Assembly (NCBI GenBank): GCA_963663385.2
Contig: CAXXXD010000003.1
Location: forward strand, 352,001-416,000
Length of the DNA stretch: 64,000 nucleotides
Direction: 5' to 3'
Source: Oceanispirochaeta sp.
Lineage (GTDB): Bacteria > Spirochaetota > Spirochaetia > DSM-2461
Shown: positions 28,752 through 38,134 of the stretch, piece after piece
How positions within the stretch are numbered: the stretch's first letter is position 1
How the letters are laid out: every line of letters starts with the position of its first letter
Position numbers and translations under genes: made by a program
Notes under the pieces: generated by a model
What the model was told of the DNA's origin: nothing
The model's input: only the letters and a program-made list of their open reading frames with translations
The model's database searches: none

Positions 28752-30206
28752 ATGCGAATAGTTACAGCGGGATTTCATCATGAATCCAATACATTCAATC
28801 CTATTATTACCGACAGGTTCGATTTCAATATCTACCGTGGAAAAGAGATCTATAATGCCATAAAAACCTATGAAAGTGTCCGCGGTGTTGTGGAAACCCT
28901 TGAAAGCTATGAGGGGTATGAAGTCATTCCCACCATTTTTGCCAGGGCTGTTCCAAACGGGGTAATCAATCCGGATCTTTATTATGAACTGAAAAACGAG
29001 ATGATTGCACGAATGGTTTCTGTAGAGGGAGCTGATGGGGTAACCCTGGCTCTTCACGGATCCATGCGGGTTAAAGGGCTGGGAGAAGCGGAAGGAGATC
29101 TACTGGAGGCAATTCGTCAAATTTTTCCGGATATTCCTATCGTAGTCGCATTGGATATGCATGCCACTGTCTCTGAAAAAATGCTGAAACATGCTGATGC
29201 TTTCTGCGGGTATAAACAGGCTCCCCATACGGACTGTTTTGAAACAGGCGCCCTTGCTGCGAAGATGACCAGGATAACCCTGGAAAGCGGGAAGCCCCTC
29301 CGGATGGCCTGCCGCCGGATTCCCATGCTGATCGCCGGTGAAAAATCCGAAACCAATACTCAACCCATGAAGCAGCTGATAGAGGAACTGCGCAGGGAAG
29401 AGGCTGTTGACGGTGTTCTGGCTGCTTCCTACCTGCTGGGATTTCCCTGGGCGGACTGCGAGGGGAATTCGGTTACATCTCTGGTGGTAACCCTGGATGA
29501 TCAGGAACTGGCCGATAAAAAGGCTGATGATCTGGCCCTCCGGTTTTGGGAGGAGCGGGAGAATTTCCAGTTTCATACGGAAAGCTATCCCCCTGCTGAA
29601 GCTCTGAATATGGCTCTGGCCGCGCCGGAGCAGCCGGTTTATCTGTCTGATTCGGGAGATAATCCCACGGCAGGCTCTTCCGGGGATTGCACGGAGCTGC
29701 TGGACATCATTCTGGGGAGTCCGGAAGTCCTGAAGCTGGAACAGCCCCTTCTTTACGGGGGAATTTATGATCCAGAGGCAGTTAAAACCTGTCTTGATGC
29801 GGAGGAGGGAACGCTTTTCAAGCTGACTTTCGGTGCATCCTTTGATAAAGTGACAACAAAACCCCTGACAGCTGAGGGACGGGTAGAAGCAAAAGCTCTC
29901 GGGTGGGGAGACTATAAGACGGATATGGTTCTTTTCAGAACAGGGAATACGGATGTTATTCTTGTTTCGAAACATATAGGGTTTATCAGCCCCGATATGT
30001 TCCATGCTTTAGGCGTAAATCCTCTTGAAAGGAAGATCATTGCGGTAAAACTGGGATATCTGACAGCCATGCATAAGAAAGTCGCAGCCCGGGCTATTAT
30101 GGCGCTTTCATCCGGCAGCAGCAATGAAATCCTGGAATCTCTTCCGTATCAAAAGGTTACGCGGCCGCTCTATCCCCTGGACCGGGATACTGAATTCTCA
30201 ATCTGA
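28752..30206 (+). CDS. M81/MlrC-family metallohydrolase
   Basis: HESNTF, LHGSM, DMHA, PHTD, DSGDNP motifs; C-terminal RPLYPLD. Confidence 0.9.
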   Translation: MRIVTAGFHHESNTFNPIITDRFDFNIYRGKEIYNAIKTYESVRGVVETLESYEGYEVIPTIFARAVPNGVINPDLYYELKNEMIARMVSVEGADGVTLALHGSMRVKGLGEAEGDLLEAIRQIFPDIPIVVALDMHATVSEKMLKHADAFCGYKQAPHTDCFETGALAAKMTRITLESGKPLRMACRRIPMLIAGEKSETNTQPMKQLIEELRREEAVDGVLAASYLLGFPWADCEGNSVTSLVVTLDDQELADKKADDLALRFWEERENFQFHTESYPPAEALNMALAAPEQPVYLSDSGDNPTAGSSGDCTELLDIILGSPEVLKLEQPLLYGGIYDPEAVKTCLDAEEGTLFKLTFGASFDKVTTKPLTAEGRVEAKALGWGDYKTDMVLFRTGNTDVILVSKHIGFISPDMFHALGVNPLERKIIAVKLGYLTAMHKKVAARAIMALSSGSSNEILESLPYQKVTRPLYPLDRDTEFSI

Positions 30207-30227
30207 GCTTAGTTTTCTCAAGCTGAT

Positions 30228-30264
30228 AAAAAAGGAGCTGCCCCATTCCAGATGGAGCAGCTCC
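30228..30264 (-). terminator. Rho-independent terminator between convergent genes
   Basis: GGAGCTGC...GCAGCTCC stem; the A-run at 30228-30233 gives a U-tail on the minus strand. Confidence 0.75.
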
Positions 30265-30290
30265 CTGTTATTATCCAATCCTTTCGAATA

Positions 30291-32318
30291 TCAGTATCTG
30301 ATTCTCATATCACTATTGCGGTCGGTTTCGGCAACCGCATAAGCCTTGTCCATGGTCGGATGGAATTCCATCAGGAACTCAGCCAGGGCATCCTGCTCAC
30401 CGCCGGTATAGCTGAAGCTGTTGTTTTTACCGGGGTCCTTGGCCAGCTCTACATCGGGGTAATCCATATCTTCACCGTATGCAGTACCTTCGTACATGTT
30501 ATAGCGGTCGGGATTGCTTAGATCGCCGAAGGGGTAGGCATCTCCACCGTTATACAGGAAGTTAAGGGTTACCATTCGGAATACTCTGGAGGGATCTCCC
30601 TGAATAGCTCCGCCCGCTACAACCGTATCTTTCACGGATCCGTCCGCATTCAGAACATCCAGGGAAGTAATGCGGCTGCCTGCTGGTTTGGATGCATTGA
30701 AAACCATTTTCATACCGGCCAGCTGGGGGAACTTGCCTGGGGTTGCTCCTTCGGCAGTTTCGGAAACACCATGTTCCAGCAAACCTTTCAGTTCGGCAGC
30801 TGTAACATTCAATGTAACCAGCCCGTTGTCAAAACGGAGTGTGGCCCTCAGGTGTCCTTCTGTTACGGCGCCCTCTTCTGTTCCGGCTTCCATATTGGGA
30901 GCGGGAGCAGAGTAGACAGCCTGACTGTAGTCGGTTGATCCGGGAGGAACAACCGCCGATCCGATCTCTGTTCTGAGACCGCCTCCGTTTTTGAGTGATA
31001 CATCAACGGGTACCTGGGAGAGCAGATTGGCATACCAGAGGTTGGCATCGGCAGTCAGATCTCCCAGATTGGTTTCCTGGGTTCTAACCTGGGACCGTCT
31101 TCCGTCCAGGTATACGCTGGTGTAACCCAGTACATTTCCATACTGTGCTGTAATGACATTCTGTACCGCATCCCTTACAGCTATGATGTCGGCATTGGGT
31201 GTACCGCCTGCAGCGGCTACGTTTTCCGCAGTAGCGGCCCAGGCACCGTTAATTTCTTTATTTTTTTTCAGTTCATCTGTAATCAGGTATCCATCCGCAT
31301 CAAAAGACACAACCAGACGGCCCAGGTATTTGTAGTCCCCATCCACGTTGACTACAAGGGTCGGCATGCCGTTGGCATCCATTGTTTCGTAGGGATAGTC
31401 CATTTCAAATCCATCGTCAGTACCGAACAGGCTGTCTGTGCTGTCTCCCATTCTGGTATTGGAACCTCCGGCTACAATAATATCCACATCTGTCAGAAGA
31501 TTGGCCAGGGCCATTTCGATCTGGATCTGCTGCATATGAGCCAAAAGTATAATCTTGTTAACACCGGAGGCCTTCAAAGCATCGATGGAGGGCTGAATGA
31601 CTGCCGCCAGAGCTTCTGTTGATTTATCGGAAACGGGATTAACCGTTATCCCGCCGACACTCGTTATGGTATCAAGGAGCGGAGTGGATGCACCCACCAG
31701 ACCGATTTTCTCACCGTTAACCACGGTTACCGCATAGGATGCCACTTTTCCTTTAAGATCAGCAACATTGGCGCCGTTTTCGCCCATATGTTTGGCCATC
31801 TCACCGTCCGTGCTCCAGTCCAGGTTGGAAGAAAGATAGGGGAACTGGGATCCGGGGAACTCAACTCCGTTCTTTTCCTCAATCTGGATGGCATCGGCAA
31901 ATTCGTCGGGACCGGCATCGAGGTCGTGGTTACCCATGGCAGAAGCCTGTACGCCCAGGTAGTTCATGAACGCAATATCCACATGTCCGGGTTCGTCGCT
32001 TCCTGTTACAGCTCTCACCGTTTTCTGTTCCGCCGCGTAAAAACGGGGACCGGGGATAATATTGTCACCGGAGCTGACAACCAGAGTAGAGGCTCCGTAT
32101 GTAGTATCGGCTTTAAAGGCTTCAACCAGTGCGGAAAATTCATCGACCGAAGCAAGGGCAATTTCTTCATTTCCGTCAATGTCTGCAAAGTGCAGCAGCT
32201 GCAGGGTGAATTCTGCAGGACCCGCCTTGTAAGTGCTGATCATTTCGTTAGAAGCGCAGCCAGCAAAAAGCAGGGCGAACAGAAGTGTTACTGTTACCAG
32301 TAGTTTACTGTTTTTCAT
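30291..32318 (-). CDS. Lipoprotein metallophosphatase / 5'-nucleotidase (cyanobacterial PhoA N-terminal type)
   Basis: Lipobox LFAGC; LQLLHFAD, SSGDN, GNHDLD; 5'-NT C-domain VRTQETNLGDL, NGGGLR, GGDAYPF; ATG 32318 after GGAGGAG. Confidence 0.88.
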   Translation of the reverse strand: MKNSKLLVTVTLLFALLFAGCASNEMISTYKAGPAEFTLQLLHFADIDGNEEIALASVDEFSALVEAFKADTTYGASTLVVSSGDNIIPGPRFYAAEQKTVRAVTGSDEPGHVDIAFMNYLGVQASAMGNHDLDAGPDEFADAIQIEEKNGVEFPGSQFPYLSSNLDWSTDGEMAKHMGENGANVADLKGKVASYAVTVVNGEKIGLVGASTPLLDTITSVGGITVNPVSDKSTEALAAVIQPSIDALKASGVNKIILLAHMQQIQIEMALANLLTDVDIIVAGGSNTRMGDSTDSLFGTDDGFEMDYPYETMDANGMPTLVVNVDGDYKYLGRLVVSFDADGYLITDELKKNKEINGAWAATAENVAAAGGTPNADIIAVRDAVQNVITAQYGNVLGYTSVYLDGRRSQVRTQETNLGDLTADANLWYANLLSQVPVDVSLKNGGGLRTEIGSAVVPPGSTDYSQAVYSAPAPNMEAGTEEGAVTEGHLRATLRFDNGLVTLNVTAAELKGLLEHGVSETAEGATPGKFPQLAGMKMVFNASKPAGSRITSLDVLNADGSVKDTVVAGGAIQGDPSRVFRMVTLNFLYNGGDAYPFGDLSNPDRYNMYEGTAYGEDMDYPDVELAKDPGKNNSFSYTGGEQDALAEFLMEFHPTMDKAYAVAETDRNSDMRIRY

Positions 32319-32454
32319 TTTTTCTCCTCCTAGGAATGAACTAAAGTTTAGAATCATACTTTCCATTCGTCCAGTCAAAACGTAAAAATTGCATATATGT
32401 CAGACCTTTTTCAGTGTGAAATATTCTGATTCGGGCAGCGGCGGTACAGAATTC

Positions 32455-33594
32455 TTATACTTTATCCACTTCAGGCACTTTACCGTTCAGAAGGGCTATT
32501 TGATTGTCAATCATATGGAATTTCCGATAAAAGGTCGGCGGAACGATCAGAGGCAGAACCTGTTTCTTTATTTTTACATTTAAAGAATACGTTCCATTCC
32601 TGCACTGATCGGCCTGCATCAGTTCGCCGTCAACATGGTATTGAAAGGGGGAGGCAGAGGAAATATATGTCTTTTCAACTTCATACCGTTCAATATAAGG
32701 CGGTCCTTTTCTGGCCGCTTTCTTGTTAATCTGGTCATGCCGTCCCATCCATAACCAGATCAGATTTCTGGCCAGCGCAAGTCTGCCTGGAAATTTAAAA
32801 AGGTAGACTCCCATCAATCCGTCATTGCAGACCACATCCGGACAGATCCTGAACATTTTGGCATAGTAGGGGCGTGTGCCAATTTCGATCAGATGGGGGG
32901 ATTGGGGCATCTGAAGATCATTGAAACTGAATTCCGCATTAACCCTGGTTCCTCTGAATGCGAACTTACCGTTTTTCATTTCTATCTGGAACTGCTGCTG
33001 TTTCCTGTCATATTCAGTCAGAAGGGCTGCTGCAGCAGAATGGATGTAACTGGCCAATCCGCTTTTGGGCAATCCGGCGTAGGGACCGCTGTCATAGGTG
33101 TTTCGATTCCTTAGATCCAGGATCCTGGCATCCATCCCCAATCCTGTAAGCTGGCAGTAATGGGTCCTTCTTCCATGTATAACTTTGAGGAGATCAACAT
33201 TAAGAATATAGCCATCCTTAAGGCTGGTGCTGTAACATTTCAACTGATTCATCATCCTGACAGGAACTTCGTAGGAGTCCTGTACTCCGTTGCCTGATCC
33301 GCCTCTTAGAAATCCGATTGCCTTTTTCTCAAGAATCCCGGGGGTTTCGGCTCCCACCTTCATAAACATATTGATTGCTTCATTTGCTGTTCCGTCTCCG
33401 CCCCATACCAGCAGCCTGTTGGGACCGGACAGGCAGAAGCGTCTTACTTCTCTTGCAAAATGTGAACGGCTCTCGCTTTCTATCACATAGGGTACTTCGG
33501 CTTTTTTCAGGATCCTTTTCAGTATCCTTGCATATTGAGGAAAGCGGCTTGGATTAATGATAAAAGAGCAGTCGGGGAGTTGAATCTGACTCAT
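32455..33594 (-). CDS. Diacylglycerol/lipid kinase family protein
   Basis: INP, GGDGTANE, GSGNG, G.DA, HVDGE motifs. Confidence 0.85.
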   Translation of the reverse strand: MSQIQLPDCSFIINPSRFPQYARILKRILKKAEVPYVIESESRSHFAREVRRFCLSGPNRLLVWGGDGTANEAINMFMKVGAETPGILEKKAIGFLRGGSGNGVQDSYEVPVRMMNQLKCYSTSLKDGYILNVDLLKVIHGRRTHYCQLTGLGMDARILDLRNRNTYDSGPYAGLPKSGLASYIHSAAAALLTEYDRKQQQFQIEMKNGKFAFRGTRVNAEFSFNDLQMPQSPHLIEIGTRPYYAKMFRICPDVVCNDGLMGVYLFKFPGRLALARNLIWLWMGRHDQINKKAARKGPPYIERYEVEKTYISSASPFQYHVDGELMQADQCRNGTYSLNVKIKKQVLPLIVPPTFYRKFHMIDNQIALLNGKVPEVDKV

Positions 33595-33721
33595 TAATCT
33601 CTCCTTCAGCGGACCTGTTATTAATTTTAGATGATTTTTACAGGATTTGCCGTTGATTCATTGTTTAATATTAATATGAGAAACTGATGAGACATCCGGC
33701 AGAAATACTCAAACAAATATT

Positions 33722-33740
33722 AGTAATAATTATCATTATG
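33722..33740. promoter_or_regulatory. Fur-box-like site upstream of ferritin
   Basis: AGTAATAATTATCATTATG, 14/19 match to GATAATGATAATCATTATC. Confidence 0.6.
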
Positions 33741-33779
33741 ATTTATACTATAAAAATAGTAATATATAAGGTGGTATTT

Positions 33780-34319
33780 ATGAGTTTGAACAATAAAATT
33801 TCAAAAGCTTTCAATGAACAGATAAATGCAGAAATGTATTCTGCCTATCTTTACCTTTCCATGGGGAGCTGGTTTGAAGAGAAAAACCTGGCTGGTTTTG
33901 CCAACTGGTTCCGCTGTCAGTATCTGGAAGAGAATATGCATGCCATGAAGATTTATAACTTTGTGAACGACAGGGGAGGACGTGTCCTCCTGGATACAAT
34001 TCAGGGGCCAAAGACCGAGTGGGCATCCTTTGTGGAAGTATTCGAAGAGGTAGCTGCCCACGAAGCCCATGTTACTTCACTGATAAACAACCTGATGTAC
34101 CTTTCCAGAGAATTGAAAGATTTTGCCAGCGAGAGTTTTCTAATGTGGTATGTGGATGAACAGGTTGAAGAGGAAGCTACGGCAGATGAACTTTTAAGCC
34201 GTCTGAAGCTGATTCAAAGCGACCCCAGTGCTCTCTATACTATGGATAACGAGTTAAAAGGAAGGGTTCCCTCTCCCAGTGTGCTTCCCATTCATTTGGG
34301 ACAATCTGCTGGGGCATGA
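33780..34319 (+). CDS. ftnA: Non-heme ferritin
   Basis: NEQINAEMYSAYLYLSM, EENMHAMK, HEAHVT, WYVDEQVEEE ferroxidase residues. Confidence 0.93.
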   Translation: MSLNNKISKAFNEQINAEMYSAYLYLSMGSWFEEKNLAGFANWFRCQYLEENMHAMKIYNFVNDRGGRVLLDTIQGPKTEWASFVEVFEEVAAHEAHVTSLINNLMYLSRELKDFASESFLMWYVDEQVEEEATADELLSRLKLIQSDPSALYTMDNELKGRVPSPSVLPIHLGQSAGA

Positions 34320-34333
34320 TTACTTTTCGGGAA

Positions 34334-34369
34334 ATCGGCAGAGGCAGGGATACTCCTGATTCTGCCGAT
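34334..34369. terminator. Stem-loop between convergent ferritin and MerR genes
   Basis: ATCGGCAGA...TCTGCCGAT inverted repeat with inner CAGG/CCTG. Confidence 0.6.
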
Positions 34370-34400
34370 CATTTCCCTGGTGGGGGTAATCTCCCTTATC

Positions 34401-35210
34401 TTATATCTGTCTGACAGGGATCTGCAGCTCCGTCAACCACTCCTGTTCGCTCTCTTTGTTCCATATACCGTCAATATAGGACTCCCTGGGATTAGCAGAG
34501 GGTTCCCAGTTATTCTCCCGGATCCACTGAAAGGCAAAGGCATAGGCATTCCTGATAGTTGAGTAGGGTCCTTTATGCAGAACACACACCGCCTGTGGTT
34601 CCCGCGTTACCTTCTTGTATCGCACCAGATCCGAGTCTTTGCAGGATTTTACAACAGACTCGCACACTTCAATGTCAATATCCTTTTCCCTGTATTCTCC
34701 GTCGTGATAGATCGTAAAGCAGTATTCGGGTTTGGCGCAGATTGCCCCCTGTCTTTTCATCTCCTCCCCCATTCGGGGCATAAGTTCAAAGTAGGAATTA
34801 TAGGATGGGGCTATGGTTCTCATAGAAGCGACTGTAACAGCCGGCAGTTCTTTTATTATTGCTGAATAATTCATGATTCTTCCTCCTTGCAGAATCTCTT
34901 GCCAGGATCTGACCTGACCGAGCTTCTGCTCATCTTCCCGTATCTGTTTGATTAGTTCCTTTTCTTTCATTTTCAGAAACATCTCAATATTTACGGGATT
35001 TTCAATTAATTCTTTAATCTCCCCCAAACTGAGTCCCAGCTGTTTAAGAGCCAGAATCCTGTGCAGTCTGGGTAACTGTTTACTTGTGTAGTAACGGTAA
35101 CCGCTTGAATAATCCACGAAATCTGGTTTCAGCAGACCTATTTCATCATAGTGTCTCAGGGTTTTTGTGGTGATATGGTTGATTTTAGAAAAAAGCCCTA
35201 TCTGATACAT
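34401..35210 (-). CDS. MerR-family regulator with GyrI-like effector domain (BmrR-like)
   Basis: YQIGLFSK...TLRHYDEIGLLKP...GYRYY; C-terminal HKGPY, RESYIDG, TELQIPV. Confidence 0.93.
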   Translation of the reverse strand: MYQIGLFSKINHITTKTLRHYDEIGLLKPDFVDYSSGYRYYTSKQLPRLHRILALKQLGLSLGEIKELIENPVNIEMFLKMKEKELIKQIREDEQKLGQVRSWQEILQGGRIMNYSAIIKELPAVTVASMRTIAPSYNSYFELMPRMGEEMKRQGAICAKPEYCFTIYHDGEYREKDIDIEVCESVVKSCKDSDLVRYKKVTREPQAVCVLHKGPYSTIRNAYAFAFQWIRENNWEPSANPRESYIDGIWNKESEQEWLTELQIPVRQI

Positions 35211-35316
35211 CAAATACTCCTGTTCCCGGATATAGTTAATTAAATATTATTATGACTGTAATAATTTAAAAAGATCCAGTAATCATATTCATTCCCTCCC
35301 TTCCATATCCGTCTTC

Positions 35317-35347
35317 AGGGTAAAGTTTTCCCTTGGGGCAAAGTCAA
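35317..35347 (-). promoter_or_regulatory. MerR-type promoter with 19-bp spacer and internal dyad
   Basis: Minus strand TTGACT-TTGCCCCAAGGGAAAACTT-TACCCT; dyad TTTGCCC/GGGAAAA. Confidence 0.75.
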
Positions 35348-35460
35348 CAAAGAAATAAAAAAAAAGAGCGGGATTCGTGATAATTGGTATCTGTTCAATT
35401 TAGCGAAGAGGAATTCGGCTTTACCGGAGCTGATAGAATCGGTATCTTTTTGAAGGACAC

Positions 35461-35490
35461 AAAAAAAACCGGAGTTAAAAACTCCGGTTT
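35461..35490 (-). terminator. Rho-independent terminator of the RRM gene
   Basis: AAACCGGAGT/ACTCCGGTTT stem plus U-run on the minus strand. Confidence 0.85.
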
Positions 35491-35509
35491 CATTAAAAGT
35501 CAAGAAATA

Positions 35510-35791
35510 TTAATAGCGGAAGTTATCGTTCCGGGGTCTTCTTTCTCTTTCAATTGCTTCATTAACGCGAAGATTACGACCATCCAGATCCTGGTTGTTC
35601 AGGGCGGAGATTGCTGCTTCTGCGGCTTCATCTTCTTCCATTTCTACAAAACCAAAACCTTTGGAACGGTTTGTCTCTCTGTCGAAAATGATCTTTGTAC
35701 TCAGAACGTTACCGAACTGTGCAAAGTGATCTGCCAATCTGTCTTCATCTGTGTTGTAGCTCAGATTTCCTACATAGATTTTCTTGGGCAT
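35510..35791 (-). CDS. RRM-domain RNA-binding protein
   Basis: RNP2 IYVGNL; RNP1 KGFGFVEM; LRVNEA. Confidence 0.96.
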   Translation of the reverse strand: MPKKIYVGNLSYNTDEDRLADHFAQFGNVLSTKIIFDRETNRSKGFGFVEMEEDEAAEAAISALNNQDLDGRNLRVNEAIERERRPRNDNFRY

Positions 35792-36090
35792 TTGTACATC
35801 CTTACCGGTTTAACCGGAATTTCAAAATAAATTCACTTAAGAGTACGTATCAAGCTTTATTATATTTGCTGTCATATGATTATCTTCAGTAACTCATCAG
35901 GATGTGCAGAACACGGCGTGACGGAAATCAGAACAGAATACAAATAGCAGATATAAAGAGCAACGTGACATCTCAGTCTCTATTTTTAGTTTTAACAGGA
36001 AACCCGTTATAGGTCAATAAAAAACTGTTCCTTTAACAATCTTATTACACGATTGGAACATATTTTCTTAAAAATACCAAAAGGTTTTGT

Positions 36091-36134
36091 TTGACAAGCG
36101 GGGAATTTCAGGTATATTATGTGATATATCACGT
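36091..36134 (+). promoter_or_regulatory. Promoter with GntR/FadR-type operator
   Basis: TTGACA at 36091; TATATT/TATTAT at 36113-36120; perfect palindrome GTGATATATCAC at 36121-36132. Confidence 0.8.
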
Positions 36135-36145
36135 GGAGTATCAGC

Positions 36146-36775
36146 ATGTCCCTGTCCGAAGATATATATAAAAAGATAATGAATATGCTTTTGAGCGGAG
36201 AGCTTCTGCCGGGGCAGATTATCAACCGGAGACAGATTGCCGCGGAATTTGATGTAAGCGTCGCACCCGTACTTGAGGCTATGCTTCTTCTGGAACATGA
36301 AGGACTGCTCGAAACAATTCCCCGTAAAGGGACTCAGGTGCGTTTAATCAGGGAAGAAGACGTACGCGGCCAATTTGTCCTGAGGGACGCCCTTGAATCC
36401 AAAGCGGCCAGGATCTATTTCGGTCCGCTTCTCAGGGAGAACCTGGCAGAACTGGAACCTTTTGCCAGACAGGTGGATCAGGCCCCGTCGGATAATCTGG
36501 AGGACTGGAAAACAGAGATCCTTTTTCATCGCGAGCTGGTATCCCTGGCCGGGATTCCTGCTCTGACGGCAGCTTTTGATCATATCATGAAGGTGAATCT
36601 CTTCTATGCCATGGCCCGTATCATCCCGGCACATCTTGCAACAGAGCGGGACAACCATGTGGAACTGCTTCAGCGTCTTACGGAGGCGGAAAGCGCTGAC
36701 CGGGCTGAATCTGTTATCCGGGATCATGTGTGGTATGGAAAAGAAGCCATATTAAACAGCGAATTTACGGTTTAG
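36146..36775 (+). CDS. GntR-family regulator (FCD domain)
   Basis: wHTH LLPGQ...IAAEFDVS..PV.EA...LE.EGL...PRKG; FHRELV. Confidence 0.9.
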   Translation: MSLSEDIYKKIMNMLLSGELLPGQIINRRQIAAEFDVSVAPVLEAMLLLEHEGLLETIPRKGTQVRLIREEDVRGQFVLRDALESKAARIYFGPLLRENLAELEPFARQVDQAPSDNLEDWKTEILFHRELVSLAGIPALTAAFDHIMKVNLFYAMARIIPAHLATERDNHVELLQRLTEAESADRAESVIRDHVWYGKEAILNSEFTV

Positions 36776-36848
36776 ACCAAAATAATAGTTTATTATTAGT
36801 AACGGGATTAGTAAGGGAATTAAACCTGTAGCAGAAGGGGAGTTGCAA

Positions 36849-37982
36849 ATGAAGATAGTTATTGCGTCAGATTCATACAAGGGTTCCAGTACAAGCCTCC
36901 GGGTTGCGGAAACTATCGAAAAGGGAATACAGAAAGTCGTGCCTGATCTGGATATTGTAAAAATCCCTGTGGCCGACGGTGGAGAGGGACTGGTTCAGGC
37001 TCTGGTTCCCGATGAAGATAAATGGGTCCGTCTCAGTGTAACCGGTCCTATGAGAATGGAGACAAGGGCTGAATACGCTCTGATGGATGATAATACGGCC
37101 GTACTGGAAATGGCCAGTGCCTCAGGTCTTCCTCTTGTGGAAGGTGAAAAGGATCCCCGAATCGCCACGACCTACGGGACTGGTGAAATGATGAGGGATG
37201 CCATTGAAAGGGGATGCCGCAAGATTCTGATAGGTATAGGCGGCAGCGCCACCAATGACGGTGGAACCGGAATGGCCCAGGCCCTGGGAGCCCGTTTTCT
37301 GGATGCTGCCGGAAGGGAACTGACGCCGGCCGGCGGAAACCTGGATCAGATAGCTTCTGTGGATCTTTCCGGAATGCTGGACGGTTTGAAAGAGACGGAA
37401 ATCAAGGTTGCCTGCGATGTGGATAATCCCCTCTGCGGGGAACACGGGGCCAGTGCGGTCTATGGTCCACAGAAGGGAGCCACACCCGAAATGGTAAAAC
37501 AGCTGGATGCCAACCTGGCTCACCTGGCCGGGATTATGGAGAAAGCTTCCGGTAAGGATATGTCAGAGGTTCCCGGCGCCGGCGCTGCCGGCGGACTCGG
37601 GTTCGGTTTGATGGCATTCTGCAATGCCGAACTTGAATCCGGTATAGATCTGGTACTGGACAGCCTTGGTTTTGACCAGGCTATCGAAGGGGCTTCTCTC
37701 GTAATTACAGGAGAAGGCAGAATTGACGGTCAGTCAATACGCGGTAAGGTCCCCGTGGGAATAGCCGCCCGTGCCAAGAAGAAGAATCTGCCGGTTCTGG
37801 CTGTCTGCGGCGATATCGGTCCCGGAATCAGCACCCTTTATGACTATGGTATTGACTCCGTTATGAGTACGGTTAACAAGGCTATGCCTCTGAGCGAAGC
37901 GATGGGACGTTCCAGCGAACTGCTGGAGGAAGCGGCTGAAAGGGCCTTCCGGATGATTATGATCGGGAAGAACATGAAATAG
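36849..37982 (+). CDS. glxK: Glycerate kinase (GlxK/GarK family)
   Basis: IASDSYKGS, PVADGGEG, GGSATNDGG, YGPQKGA, GAAGG, TGEGRID.QS..GK. Confidence 0.93.
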   Translation: MKIVIASDSYKGSSTSLRVAETIEKGIQKVVPDLDIVKIPVADGGEGLVQALVPDEDKWVRLSVTGPMRMETRAEYALMDDNTAVLEMASASGLPLVEGEKDPRIATTYGTGEMMRDAIERGCRKILIGIGGSATNDGGTGMAQALGARFLDAAGRELTPAGGNLDQIASVDLSGMLDGLKETEIKVACDVDNPLCGEHGASAVYGPQKGATPEMVKQLDANLAHLAGIMEKASGKDMSEVPGAGAAGGLGFGLMAFCNAELESGIDLVLDSLGFDQAIEGASLVITGEGRIDGQSIRGKVPVGIAARAKKKNLPVLAVCGDIGPGISTLYDYGIDSVMSTVNKAMPLSEAMGRSSELLEEAAERAFRMIMIGKNMK

Positions 37983-38134
37983 TCACTTTTGTAATCTGTG
38001 TTATCAGCCTGTCCTGTGGTATACCGTGGAAATGCTGCAGGATGGGTTTTTTTTTAAGGGTCTTACCGCAATCCTGTAAAGTCCTTGTAACAGCGAGCTG
38101 TATATCTGATGTAAATTTGTCTATAATAGGGATT

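Noticed and set aside
29100..30005. 301-aa minus-strand ORF
   Set aside because: Shadow of the MlrC-family gene
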